From Octopus sinensis (lineage: Eukaryota), in contig NC_043009.1 of the NCBI RefSeq assembly GCF_006345805.1, positions 66,526,001 through 66,590,000 of the forward strand: a stretch of DNA of 64,000 nucleotides, given 5' to 3'. Both the position numbers and the translations under genes were made by a program. Positions 25,309 to 39,399 of this stretch are shown here, in pieces. Under the pieces are notes generated by a model that did no database searches, had not been told where the DNA came from, and saw only the letters and a program-made list of their open reading frames with translations. Every line of letters begins with the position of its first letter. Positions within the stretch are counted from its first letter, which is position 1.

Positions 25309-25735
25309 ATAAATATATAGGTATATGCATGTATATGTGTGTATAAATATATAGGTATAGCATGTATATGTGTATATATAAATATATATACATATATCTA
25401 CATATATATTTGTACGTAAATATATATGTACATATATATGTATATATATACATTTACACATTTATATATATATAAATATATATAAGTATTATATATATAT
25501 ACATTTACACATTTATATATATATAAATATATATAAGTATATATATATATATATACATTTACACATTTATATATAAATATATATAAGTATATATATATAT
25601 ATTTATATATATATATATACATTTACACATTTATATATATATATATATGTATGCATGTATAAATATATATCGGTATGCGTATAAACATGTATAAAAATGC
25701 ATATATACAAATATATCTCTGCATGCACGTATTTT

Positions 25736-25773
<38 letters not shown>

Positions 25774-26161
25774 CATAAATATATATACATGTATGTATAC
25801 GCATGCATCCGTGTTGCCCTTTCTCTCCATCTGCCTTCTGTGTCTTGTTCTCTATATCAGTGAATTTTAATATATATGTGTGTGTGTGTGTGTATGTGTG
25901 TATGTGTGTGCGTGCGTGTATCTACACACACACGCGCACACACATGTACATATATATATGTGTATGTATGTATGTATGTATGTATGTATGTATGTATGTA
26001 TGTATGTATACAGAAATAGAACTATCTCTTCATGTCGACGCACACACGGATATCTTTATGCATACCTATACATACACACACGCGCACACACACGCACACA
26101 CAAACACAGACACACACATATATATATATATCTATATATATATATATATATATATATAGAT

Positions 26162-26225
<64 letters not shown>

Positions 26226-26230
26226 ACACA
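24480..26230. repeat. Compound microsatellite field: (TA)n, (TACA)n, (TG)n, (GATA)n, plus a small AT-rich minisatellite at ~25440-25640
   Basis: Directly visible. The unit ACATTTACACATTT(AT)n.. occurs four times. Confidence 0.9.
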
Positions 26231-26947
26231 CACACACTGAGTAGGTCTTTTTGTGAGATTAGAAATTAATATTGTCTGTGCGTATATAAACATGGCCGTG
26301 TTTATGTTACATAAGCAAAGCTAGCTTAACTTCCGATGTCACCAAGCGTTAATGATGTTGTTGGGAGCGGACTGTGATACAGGTGGTCGCTGTGTGTGAG
26401 GTGGTAGCGGTGGGAGTGGGGTAATGTGGCGAGAGAGAAAATAAGTTGGAATGAGGGAGAGATAGTGTAAAGAGGCAGAAGAGAATGTTGGGATGAGAGA
26501 TAGTGGGAGAGAGAGAGAGAGAAGCGATGTAAGATTGTGTGAATGTTAGGAGAGAAGTTTAGAATATCAGGAGAGAATGAATTGGAGTTTTTGAGAGAGA
26601 GAGATGCGCTGCAGAAGAGATGTGGGACGCTGGAGACAGGTAGAAGCAAGTAGAATGTGACACACGATGAGGGATACAGAAGAAAGGTAGGATAATCGAG
26701 TGGTGTGTGTGAGAGAGAGAGAGAGAAAGATAGAGAGGGAGACAGAGAGACAGAGAGACAGAAAGACAGAACGATTTAATATAAACAAAAATGAGTTAAC
26801 CGAAAAAACACTTGTATTACCGTGTTGCTCATTTTTGTCTATTTTACGCAAATAACTTACGCCATAAAGATTTAGTACGGTTTCCTTTTTTTTTTAATTT
26901 TTTCGCATATATCTTTGTCTTTGCTGATGGAGACAGCTTGCGCAATT

Positions 26948-26988
<41 letters not shown>

Positions 26989-27265
26989 AATGATGATGAT
27001 GATGACGATGATGATGATGAAGTTGATGATGCCTATCTGAGACAGAAACACGTGTCCACGACTGTCCTGCAATCTCCAAACAATAAACTTGTCTTTTTCC
27101 CAAATGGCATATCAACTTTGAAGAATTTTGGGATCTTGAAGTTATCTCCCCTTTATGTTGCATGGTATTTGATATACTTGTGTTTGTCTATGCAGTTCAT
27201 TTACATGCCATTAGCCAGCTTGGTTTATTTCTCTTTAATGCAGAAACGCATATATACATACATGC

Positions 27266-27359
<94 letters not shown>

Positions 27360-28339
27360 GCGGACGGACGGACAGGTAGGCAGGCAAGCAGGTAGGCAGA
27401 CAGATAGGTAGACAGTTAGACAGACAAATAGACAGATAGATAGATAGACACAGACAAACAGGAAGATAGACAGACCGGTAGACAGACAGGAAGATAGACG
27501 GACAGACAGGTAGACAGACAGGAAGATAGACAGACAGACAAGTTGATAGGTTGATAGATATTAACATCAGCTGTGGTTATTCTTATCATAGGAACTCTCC
27601 GAGAATAACCACAGCAAAGAATGGTTCTTGTTACAGTTATTGTAATATTTGCGATATATTGGTCTTCTACCCGTCACAAAAAAAACAAACAGGTGTTATT
27701 TAAGAAGCTTCGGTTTTTACATGTCCCTTTTCTGATTAGGAACTGTAAACTTCTATAAACCTTTCGGCCCATTCGTTGTCGAACAGGATGGTCGCTACAA
27801 ACACCAGATACTTGCTTCTGGTGGCACATCCGATGCCGTCTCCTTCATTAAGCGTTTCCCTTTGCAAGATGGAAAGACGTCAAATGCTTTTCGATGTGTC
27901 GTGAAATGTTTTTCCTCGCTTCAGTTCTTCAAACAATTTTCACATCCACTTTGGTAAATTAGCTGTCGCCTGACAAATGTTTCGTAATCGAGTTCGGACC
28001 ATACTTCCATCAGTGCATGGATCAGTTTTTCTGTCACTTGATTTCATTCGAACTTCTGTTCTGACGAAGCATGTTAAGTGTGAGACTTGCGTTTTCTACG
28101 TCTTGCAAATCTCATGGCCTCTTTGTATTATCTCCCTTTTCCAGTTTGCCTTTGGTTTCGCTGTGGTTTCGCTTCTTTCTGCAAAAGCAGCATTACTCAC
28201 TCTGCTCTGCTTAGACATTTTGTTGTTGCTGTGATCCGGCTATGCTTTCCTTGGTGTTACTATTACGAATTTCGAAAGCCGTAGTGGTGGTGATGTCTGG
28301 GTTAACAGAAAAAAAATTAGTGTCAATTTTATCACATTC

Positions 28340-28590
28340 TGCCACAACAGCATTGGTGGTGGTGGAGGAGGAGGAGGAGGAAGAGGAGCAGCAGAAGCAG
28401 GATGAACAGGAGCAGGAAGAGGAGGAGGAAGAAGAGGGGGAGCAACAGGAGGAACAGGAGGAGTAGTAGGAACAGGAGGAGTAGTAGGAAGAGGAGGAGT
28501 AGTAGGAAGAGGAGGAACAGGAGGAAGGGAAGGAGCAGGAGGAAGAGGAGGAGCAGGAGGAGGGGAGAGGAAGGAGGAGAGGGAGTCTAG
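28340..28590 (+). repeat. (GAG/GGA)n purine-rich repeat
   Basis: Directly visible. Confidence 0.9.
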
Positions 28591-29354
28591 GAATTTGAAG
28601 TTTGCTCACCATTCAGTCGGTTCTGACTTCGTTGTTTTTGGCTGAACGCTTTTGATGTTATTAATGTAGCTCTTTGTGACAGAGTTGTTCTGGTGTTGCT
28701 CTTAACACATGGCATGTAGTAGTAGTAGTAGTAGCAGCAGCAGCAGTTATTTTCTTATTGCTGTTGTTACTGTTGTTGTTGTTGTTGTTGCTATTCACAG
28801 TGACAGTGGTAACGCTGTTAGTTTTTCAACTGTGGATCAGGGATGGAAAACATTCGTCCATAAACGAGCGTGGAAGAAGCTTCGAGTGAAAGTTCCATTT
28901 TCCTCTCCCGCCGCTGCTGGCTTTGCAAATACGATGCGAACTCTTAACTTATTGCTTTTGAAAATCGCAATTTTCAGAAATATTCTTTGCAAATTTTAGC
29001 AACAGGCTCATAAAAACAAACGAACCACATATGTCTTCTAGGGATCTTGGGCAGCCACCAATAAACATTAGGTTTTTATCTTTAAATTTCTTCCCTGGAA
29101 CCATTCCTGGAATTAATAAGTCATGATTTTTTTTTTTCACATTCTTTGTATCTCTGGAGAATTGTTCTTGTAAACTGCATCTTTCTAGTGCTTTCCTCTT
29201 TTTTTGTCTTTTGTTTTTATTAATTATCTTCATTTGGATTGCTTTCTCTTTTAGTTCAACACCAGCAAAATCTAATTCTACTGCAGCATGTTTAAGTAGT
29301 TCGCCGTCATCATCAGCAGTATTGCTGCTGTTGTTGTTGTTATTATTATTATTA

Positions 29355-29437
<83 letters not shown>

Positions 29438-29438
<1 letters not shown>

Positions 29439-30093
29439 TAGTTTTATTTTTATAGCGTGTTTTCACTTCACTACCGAGCGCAGCTCTGTGTGCCTTGGGT
29501 ATGTGCTGTGATTTGTTGTGATGCTCTGATGGTTATTGTATGGAAAGTATTCTGCGTAGGATGTGTGCAGTGCCTAGTAGTGCAATTTTCTGTATGTTAT
29601 ATGTGTTTGTAAGTCCTGGTGTTTTTGTTATGTATTTGTCTGAATATTTTTTAATCATGCCTAATGCACCTACTATGATAGGAATTGTTTCTGTTTTCAG
29701 GCTCCACATTCTAGTTACCTCTATTTCCAGGTCTTTGTATTTTGAGAGTTTCTCCATTTCTTTTAGAGACATGTTGTCATCTGCCGGTATTGATACATCA
29801 ATTAGAAAGCATTTTTTTTCTTCATGATCTCTGACAACTATATCTGGTCTGTTGGACTTAATTTCTCTATCTGTGTGTATCGGCATATCCCAAGTATGGT
29901 TGCTTTCTCGGTTTCTGTGACCTTTTCTGGTGTGTGTCTATACCATCTTTTTTCTATTGTTATTCCATAATGTTGGCATAGCTTCCAATGTATGTAGGTT
30001 CCAACTCTGTCATGTCTGTGAATATATTCCTTCTTAGCCAGGACTGGGCAGCTAGAGATAATATGATTTATTGTTTCTTGTCCATCTCCACAT
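29438..30093 (-). mobile_element. Second, distinct 5'-truncated R4/Dong-type RLE element
   Basis: CGDGQETINHIISSCP..RHDRVG, then a frameshift, then ORF 29533-29886 with RPDIVV..LIDVSIP..KLSKYKDL..PIIVGALG. ~95-bp 3' UTR ending CTACTG then (AAT)n. The 5' end also abuts (AAT)n. Confidence 0.9.
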
Positions 30094-30101
30094 TATTATT
30101 G

Positions 30102-30161
<60 letters not shown>

Positions 30162-30162
<1 letters not shown>

Positions 30163-31221
30163 TTTTTTTCTTCTTTCAAATTTGCTTCCATTTCTTGCCG
30201 AGTGTCTTCCCGACACCTAGGGCAAAGAAACTCATAGTATACATTGGTAGGCCATTAAACCAAACTCAGTAGTTCGTTCTTTTTTTTTTTTTAAGTTAAA
30301 TTAAAATACATGAGCAGCAACAGTTCTCACATCGACAATGCTCTTCTCAATACGTGTGATGTACCAGTTAAGACAATCTTTTGCACTTCTTGCAGGGATG
30401 GTAAGCCAGGGATCATTCTCATATAATTTTCGGTTCCCTTCTTGATCATTCCTAGTGCTCCTACGATCACTGGTATTGTAACCGCCTTGAGATGCCACAT
30501 TTTCTCAATTTCAATGAGTAGGTCTTTATATTTTCTGAGCTTGTCAAACTCTTTCGCTGAGATATTATGATCACAGGGGATGCTCATGTCGATCAATAAG
30601 CAAACTTTATTGTTTTGGTCTTTCACAACAATATCTAGTTTATTGGCCTTGATGGTTCGGTCTGTATGTACTGGAAAGTCCCACAGAATGGTTACATTTT
30701 CTCCTTCAGTTACAGCCTCAAGGTGGTGATTATACCACTTGTCCGCAGTTTTGATATTGTAATGCCGACTTATTAGCCAGTGGAGATATTGGCCAACTCT
30801 GTCATGTCTTAATTTATACTCCACTGGTGCTAAGACTTTACATCCAGAGATTAGGTGGTCCACTGTTTCAATCATGTCGTTGCAGAATCGGCATTTTGGG
30901 TCTGCTCCATTTTTCATCACATTGGCCTGGTAGTTCCGAGTTAATAGGCTTTGATCTTGAGCAGCCAGGATGAAACCTTCGCTCTCTGCTTTTAGCCCTG
31001 AGCTCCGTAGCCACTGATGGGTTTGCTTCTGGTCAACATCAGCTTGTTTGCTGCGGGTCACATATTTGCCGTGCAGAGGTTTCTCCTCCCACCTATCAGC
31101 CAATTGCTCGTGCGCTTTTTTCATTGCCATCATTTTCACCTTCTTTGCAACAATAGTTGCCGTACTTCCCTCGGGTTGTTCAGTTTGTTCAGTTTGCACG
31201 AGATCAATAGCAAATTTTTTG
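30162..31221 (-). mobile_element. 5'-truncated R4/Dong-type RLE non-LTR retrotransposon (open 290-aa C-terminal frame)
   Basis: ORF 30327-31199 has EGFILAAQDQSL, the CCHC motif CRFCNDMIETVDHLISGC, RHDRV, and the RLE domain KLDIVV..LIDMSIP..K.RKY.DL..PVIVGALG. Short 3' UTR. (AAT)n on both flanks. Confidence 0.9.
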
Positions 31222-31222
31222 C

Positions 31223-31270
<48 letters not shown>

Positions 31271-31295
31271 GATGATGATGATGATGATGATGATA

Positions 31296-31333
<38 letters not shown>

Positions 31334-31351
31334 CATCATCATCATCATCAT

Positions 31352-31430
<79 letters not shown>

Positions 31431-31859
31431 GCAGCAGCCGCAACATCATTACTTATTTACATTATTGTTGCATTGTTTTATACAATTTGTTCCAAGTTTC
31501 ATCCAGGGACCTCAGGTAATAGCAAGTTGGGTATTTTACAAAAAGGCTACATTTACGATTTAGCAATGATGTATTGTATGGGAAGGGGAGCGGAATCTGC
31601 AAACTAAGATTCTGTTAAATTTGTAAAAAATTCAATTATTAAAAGAATTTTAAGAGAATCAAATATATTCAAGTTGACAATGTTTTTTCTTCGGATGTGG
31701 GCAGAACCCACGAAAACAATTTTTTTGTAGTTCTTTTGAGTTTCTTGGTATTTGGCTATAGTACTTAAGAGTGCCTTTTGGTATTGTCTCCAAAGCTCTG
31801 CAGCCGATTAACCTATAATTTTGCTTTGAGTCTTGGAGAGATCATTGCGATCTCCAAGT

Positions 31860-32100
31860 TCAGAGTGTATGACCTTCAGCCTCTTCAACAAAGAGGTGGT
31901 GGACGCTTCAATGGAGAAGTTCTTCGCTTCGAAGGACAAGAACTGGTATCAGCGTCAGATCAAAGAACTGGCAGAATACTGGCTTCAGGCGGTGCAATAC
32001 GATGGCCTCTACTTTGTATTCTAGGCTGCTATTGCTGAAACTTAACTGATAAAGTAATTAAGTTAACAAAATATTGCAAAACTTTTGACTCAACATAGTA
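31860..32100 (+). mobile_element. Mariner transposase C-terminal remnant with probable 3' TIR
   Basis: ORF 31833-32024 ends FFASKDKNWYQRQIKELAEYWLQAVQYDGLYF, followed by a TIR-like end AAAACTTTTGACTCAACATAGTA. Confidence 0.7.
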
Positions 32101-32844
32101 TTGTAAAAAACCAGGAATATGCCCTTGTCGGGGGAGTTCCTCCACTCACATTTGTAAATTGCTGTATTTCTTGTAAAGATTTCCATACCCCTACTGGACT
32201 CGTTTCTCGTTGATAACAGTCCCGCTCATCTCAGCAAGACACAACAGGGAATATGAACATAATAACCGAATGTTTTAGGTTAATGCTTCTGTGTTTAGAA
32301 AAAAGAAGGGAAAATCTAAAAAAAAGAAGGTACATGGAATCCAGAATTGGTGCCGCCTATACGAAACATTGAAACTCATAAAACCTCATGATATACTAAC
32401 GTGCATGGGTTCGAATCTCGTGTGAACACATTGCTTCTTTTGTGTCTCCTTGTTAGTTAGATGTTGCTCCGGCGCTGTTTCTGGCGACTTCGATTCCTGT
32501 AATAAAACGTGGAATTTTGTTTAATGATACAAGAAATGTATCCAGACACTTTATCCAAGGTATTGAGTTCTGTGCTGTACTAAATGTATTTTGATATAAT
32601 TTGCAAATCCTACACTATGGTATGTATGTATGTATGTATGTATGTATGTATGTATGTATGTATGTATGTATGTATGTATGTATGTATGTATGTATGTATG
32701 CATGTATGTATGTATGTATGTATGTATTATTTGAGTGTGGAGGAGAGTGTGAGAGAAAGAGAAAGTGAATATATTCGCCATCAGATTAGTCACTTTATGT
32801 ATTCAGAGAAAAAGAAAGCTGATGAGTCATGAATAGATTAACAA

Positions 32845-32937
<93 letters not shown>

Positions 32938-32947
32938 GAGAGGGGGG

Positions 32948-33006
<59 letters not shown>

Positions 33007-33100
33007 ATGGAGATCAGATGTATGGAGAGAGGAATAATAAGGAGCGAAAAAGAAAGATAGTTCAGCTGAAAGATAAGTAGATAGATAGATAGAGATAGAC

Positions 33101-33196
<96 letters not shown>

Positions 33197-35200
33197 GTAG
33201 ATAGATAGAAAGGTAGATAGACAGAGAGACAAACCGACAGAGAGACGTCTAATTTGACTAATTCATTGATTGATTGATTGGTAGTTGTGAATACCTACAT
33301 ACATCTGCGAGTGCGGGTGTAGGTATGTATGGCTATATGTTCGTAGCTATGAAGAAGCGCGAGTGTGTGTGTGTGTGGTGTGTGTGTGTGTGTGTGTGTG
33401 TGTGTTAGAAACCTCTATAGATCATGTGTTATATCGGTAATTTATCCTTGCTCTTTGTTACAATAGGTCAATTTAAAGCAACACTCATTAAGGGCATAAT
33501 ACTGTGTTCTCTTCTGTTAATACTCATAGTATCTCTCCTCCCCTTCCTTCTTCGTCTCCTCTCCCTCTCTCTCATCTCATCTCCTCTCACCCTTCTCGCT
33601 ATCCGTTCAGATTATGTTTTAATGACTATATATTTAACCAATTTTTGCTCTTCGAAAATTTATCTCTTATTTATTTCTTTTATGACAGGTATTAATTATT
33701 ATTCACCAGTTTGCGTCGCTCTAAGAAGATTTCACTTCAATTACTAACAATAGCTCTGTTAATTCCATAAGTATTGGTTTTGGTAACAAATTAATACGTC
33801 TGCCTTTTTTTTCTTCTTTAACTGTAGTTTGCTAAAATTGGTTAACTAGCCATAATTGTGTGTTTCTTTTTAACACAAGTAGGAGATGAAATGGAAATGA
33901 ATCTAGGATACACCATTTCACTAAACATGTCTTAAATGGCGAGCAAATTTTTATTTTTTTGTTATTTCACACTGTGATCAAAAGGCGAAGAATTCGTTTG
34001 ATCTGAATTGCTCTTTTCTTTACTAAATTGCACGGAAGTCATATTGTAACAAACATAGTTTGGAATCGTAAAACCAGATTTTTGTGAAATATTTTCGTTT
34101 TAATTTTAATTTATTTTGGGGAATCTAAATTTTGCTTTGTGATATATTTTGGTTTCTTGATTCTGTTTTTGATATTTCTTCCTTGTTTGTGGAGAATTCA
34201 AAAATACTAAACGAAACGAAACAGCATTGAATATACAAAACCAGTGGACTTTCAGAGAATGACTGTTATCAGAAATGTTCAAACTAAATGGATGAATAGA
34301 AAATGTGTGTCAATTGTGCTCTCTTCTTTCATTGAGATCGTCTGCTTCTCAAGGTTATTTCTTAAACAGTTTCGTGACACAATAAGCCATACCAATATTT
34401 ATTGGTAAAAACTAAAAATATACAAGCTGTCTACAATAACAGAAGATTTTTCTATAATTTCGCCATTGATATTTTGGGTTTACTTAACTTTAAATCTAAT
34501 ATTCATATCGCTAAATAAAATGATATTTTCAAAACTATATAAATTTTACTTTTTAATCACAAACAGTAATAATTTCTCGTGCAAGCAGAATACCATATAG
34601 GCGCAGGCGTGGCTTTGTGGTAAAAATTTACTTCTCAATCACACGGCTCCAGGTTCAATCCCACTGCATGGAACTTTTGGCAAGTATTTTTACTATAGCC
34701 TCAGGCCGACCTTGTGAGTAGATTTGGTTAACGGAAACTAAAAGAAGCCCTTCGTATGCGTGCGCGAAAGTGTGTGTGTTTTTGTTTTATGGTTTTCCCC
34801 CACCACTGTCTGAAGACCCGTGTTGGTGGTTTTACATTAGAATGTCTCCTTTCAAAAGGATGCTGTGACAACAGTTAGGGATCCACAACTGTCGGTAGTT
34901 TTCCAGTTTTTCGACAGCCGATAGCTTAACAAAGTTCACCCTCCATTTGACAGGTTTTGTTTTTTGTTCTGCGGAGTATACAATGAAAAGCATCTTCTTT
35001 AGGAAGCAAGCTTGATAGGGTTGCCGGTTTAGTTTTCCGGTGCCCCAAGCATGCGACAAGTTGCACATACATACATACATACATACATACATACATACAT
35101 ACATACATACATACATACATACATACATACATACATACATGGTGGTTGTCAACTCCTTATGCAGAATCTGACAACCTCTTGTACCTACACCTTAGATCCC

Positions 35201-35500
35201 TCATGACGTCTGATGTGGCTTTTTAAACAAGACAATGTTTTTGAAAAGACACCCACATAGATTGCATATCTGATTTGGACCACCAAGAGCTGCAGTTAAG
35301 TTCTGACCTTTGTGGATCTTAAAATGTCTTTTGAGACCTCCGTTATATTTGTAGACCTTATGGCATACATGGTATTGGAAGGTGTGCACAGGTATATAGG
35401 CAGAATAGTTGGTCGAGGCTCGCTTTTCATGGGTCCTCAAATGAAATTTGATCTCAGAAAAAGAAATGCATGGTCTGTCACAAACTGTGCACACATACAT
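35201..35500 (-). pseudogene. Degenerate triple C2H2 zinc-finger coding fragment
   Basis: YVCTVCDRPCISFSEIKFHLRTH is canonical. YHVCHKVYKYNGGLKRHFKIH and ICNLCGCLFKNIVLFKKPH are degenerate. Linkers are not TGEKP-type. Confidence 0.55.
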
Positions 35501-35914
35501 ACGTTATCCACCCGGATAATGGCTGACGTTTATCTTTTACTTGTATCTGTCATGTGACTGCCGTCATGCTGGGTCACCGCCTTCAAGAATTTTTAGCCCA
35601 AAGATTCGATTCCAGTACTTATTTTATTTTAAAACCTAGCATTTGTTCTATCGTTTCCTTTAGCCGAACCGCTAAGTTACGAAGACGTAAACACGTGATG
35701 ATAGAGTACAAAAACAGACACACACACGTGCGCACGCATTCACACACACAGACACACATACAAACACACACACATACATACATACATACATACATACATA
35801 CATACATACATACAAACACACACATATACATACACACACATACATACATACATACATGCATACATACATGCCTGCATACATACATACATACATACATACA
35901 CATACATACATACA

Positions 35915-35950
<36 letters not shown>

Positions 35951-36240
35951 TATATGTCCAAACTTGAAAACACAAAGAGAAAATACAAGAGAAAATACAA
36001 ACTAAAACCGCATGACTTATCTACATACCCACATCTTATGTAAAATGGTGCTAGGGTTTACGGCCCCCATGTGGTAAAGTGTAGGTAATCTACGACAGAA
36101 ACACAAAAGATAGTAAAATAAGGCACCTACCCACAGAGCACAGAACTATGCACAGCTATGCATTGACATCACGTAACATATAATTAAAACTATTGAAAAA
36201 TATATAAGAATTTTGATAAAAGTAATTATAATTCTTTGTG

Positions 36241-37481
36241 TTGGGTCATCCCATAAATAATGCGGTTTTTATATACTTCTTTTAATTTTCAAAATTAAGA
36301 TAAGCAAAGTTCTTTCTTAATCTAAAATATACTCCCCTTCATTTTCTACAATGCTCTTTCATCTATCTGGTAGACTTGCAAGGCTCCTCTTCCAAAATTC
36401 ACTTGTCTGTGACGAAATATACTCCCCAATACTGTTCTGACCACATCTACAGAATCCATATTTTTTCCGTCCAAATGATTTTGAAGACTGCGGTATATAT
36501 GATAATCAGATGGAGCAATGTCTGGTGAATATGGTGGGTGGGGCATCATTTCCCATTCAAACTGCTCCAGCCTTTGGAATGTCGTCCTCACTGTATGTGG
36601 CCGAGCATTATCCTGATGGAAGAACACCTTTTGAATTGAAACCAAAGATGGTCATTTTTCTTCTAGTTCTGACTTAAGCTGCTCAAGCTGCTCACAGTAG
36701 ATCTCTTTTGTTATTGTTTAGTTTGGGTTTAAAAGTTAAAAGTAGACTAAACCTTTCATCTCCCATTAAACAGATAACAACATCTTACATGGGGGAAGAA
36801 CTTATTTAACCTAGGGTACCGGTGTTTCTTCTTTTCCTACCCACTGTCTTCGGCGTTTGACATTATTATAGAGAACCCATTGGTTCATTCGTGAGACATG
36901 ACAGCAAAGAAGAACACGCATTCACTCTCTGTGCGCGATTAGACTCGGAAAGTTTGTGGGGGACCCATTGACCCAATTTGCTGACTTTTCCGATGGCACA
37001 CAGCTGTCGATGAATGGCGGAATGACCAAATCCAAACTTCTCTGCTAGTTCCTCAACAGTTACGATGGGATTTTGTTCCGCCAGTGTTTACAGGACGTCG
37101 AACTCTACAGATCTTCCAGGACAAGGCTCGTCTTCTAGTCTGTAGTTTCCGGCTCAGAACTTCTGGAACCACGCTGGCTTCCACTTATTGTCCGATCCCC
37201 ATATACTATATTAATATTCCTCACACATTCTGTTACATTGGGCCTTTATTGAACTCATAAAGCAAAATATGCTAAATATGCTCCTTTGTCACTTCTATTA
37301 TAGCTTTGAAAAAATAATTGTTAAAATCGAACTGCACTCATCAAGATTTGTACTAAAATAAGTCTGAGATAAAAATTACCACCTACTTTTATAGCAAGTT
37401 GATGCAGCTAGTTTACCCCATCCCCCTCTGGCTTTTAGTTCATGCAACTGAAAAAACCGCATTATTTATGGGATAACCCAA
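36241..37481 (-). mobile_element. Full-length mariner (Tc1/mariner) DNA transposon with decayed transposase
   Basis: ~30-bp TIRs TTGGGT(C/T)ATCCCATAAATAATGCGGTTTTT at both ends. TA at 37482-37483 (TG at 36239-36240). ORF 36346-36645 has HQDNARPHT and HPPYSPDIAPSDYH. N-terminal HILLYEF..WFQKF at the other end. Length 1241 bp. Confidence 0.95.
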
Positions 37482-38049
37482 TACTATTTCCACAAGGCCT
37501 GAAATTTTGGGGGTAGGAAGGTAGTTGATTACATTGACCCCAGTACCTGACTGGTATTTATTTTATTGACCTTGAAAGGATGTAAGGCAAAGTCAACCTC
37601 AGTGCTGTTTGAATTCAGAATGAAAAGAGACGGAAGAAATGCCGTTAAGCATTTTGTTCGACATGCTAACAATTCCATCGACTAACCTCCTGAATAGAAA
37701 TAATAATAACAATAATATTAACGACGATAATGATGATAGTAATTATGTTGATGATGATGATTGTGATTGTGGTGAAATGTTGATAGCGTTTATCGATTTT
37801 GGAGAAGAGGAGTTAAAGATGAGATCTAAACAAATAACCAGTCAGGAATTTGTTGCGGCAATCGATATTTATAGAATTACCGTGAAAAGAAAGAGTAACG
37901 CTTCCAGGATCTTTGATGAAGAAGATTTGAAGACAATGCTCGAAGGAAGGCCATTTCAGGAAGGCCATTTGAGTGACTTGAAAACGATTTTAGTTTCAAT
38001 AAAACAAGAAATTCTCACAAGACCACACGAAATATAGTTTAAGGTCCAG

Positions 38050-39250
38050 GTCAGACCTGGTCAGGCAGATTTGCTCCTTGTTCCGGGGAGAGTCAGTGTT
38101 TCATTGTTGTTACCTAATCCCAGGGCATTCTAAGGTATTTAATATGTATTTCAAATGTAACATTGCTTAATGCCTCCTTATTCGTTTGTGAAAATACGAG
38201 GGTGTCAGTAACTATTTTTTTTAAAGAAGCATGAATGTCTGGCATCGGGGTATCTTCTCAATGGCCTCTTGTAGAAAAGACGTGTTTCTCTAGTCAGACA
38301 GTTCATCTACTGCTAGAAAACTCTCCATGATTGGCTAGGTATGCTGTGGTTATTGACGCGCAGGGACTAGGCCACCTGCTATAGATTCCTGGATGTTGAG
38401 TGCGTGTGGTCTCCTTTAGGAACATAGAATTTTCTGCAACACGTTTTCTTGACGGAAATGCCGTCTTGTGTCAAGTAAAGCTGAGGCTGTACTTGGTATC
38501 TGGAATATTTCCAGGCACTTACTGTCGTTTATAAGGCTAGCAATGGAATTGAGGAAAGTTCCACTCTAATAATCGATAGAGGGACATGGTGAGGAAGAGT
38601 GACGATGCTCTTGGCGAAGCTCTTGGTTTCGGCGAAAATGGATTAGCCAGTATATTACAGAGGATTTTCGGGCCGAGGACTACGATAGATAATATTCGGA
38701 AGTACTTGACCTAGCAGTGCCACTGAGGGGCGCTATCGAATGACGCTACTCGATTCGAGATAAACTTTACAGGCGCGGAAGTACTGTTAGACAGTCCAGT
38801 TTGAAATTATGCTTAGAGGGTGACGAAACTGTTCTGCAAGATCTCATTCAGTGTTTTCGGATATTGGGGACTTGTTCTTTTATGTGGAACTGTTGTTGCC
38901 GCATATAAGACAGATCGGCTACCAACTGAGCCTATAGTGAGGTGCGACTCGCGATCCCTTCTTAATCTAAAAGGCAGGGCAGATTCTTCTGTCTGATGAC
39001 TACAGCAACAGTTCTGAACGAAATTGAAAGCTCTAAAGACAAACACTCATGAACTCTATCGAGTTTTACCGAAAAGTAAGAGTAGAACGGGAGATGTTAT
39101 TCTCAAAATATTGAAGACTGGAGTAACCGAGACCGCCTTGAGTACACAACGAACGGAGAGGGCACTTGTACTTCTTCGGGTTTGCTGTATTCGTGGATCT
39201 GTCAGGTTTCCTAACTGGCTTCAGAAGGAGTCCCTCCTCCATTAGAAGGG
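38050..39250 (-). mobile_element. Very old LINE reverse-transcriptase remnant (Jockey/I-like)
   Basis: Minus-strand motifs in the expected order: PDRSTNTA, LYAATTV (YADD-like), QWHC*VKYFRI (VKYLG-like), KFYVP. Heavily decayed. Confidence 0.4.
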
Positions 39251-39399
39251 CTCTAGTATAAACATTACACTGTATTTTTACACCGTGTTTACTTATCCTT
39301 CACATTTTTCTTTCCTCAAACAGATTTCCTGTGGAAACCCTCACGCTTTATGTCTGCTTTTGTAGTTGTTTCTCTCATCATTTGACCTGGTCACAAATA

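Noticed and set aside
37639-38037. 132-aa ORF
   Set aside because: It starts in a SINE, crosses a microsatellite, and has no recognisable domain.
38722-38740. CTCF-like motifs (also ~39793-39805)
   Set aside because: Mismatches at core positions, and the first lies inside a LINE remnant.
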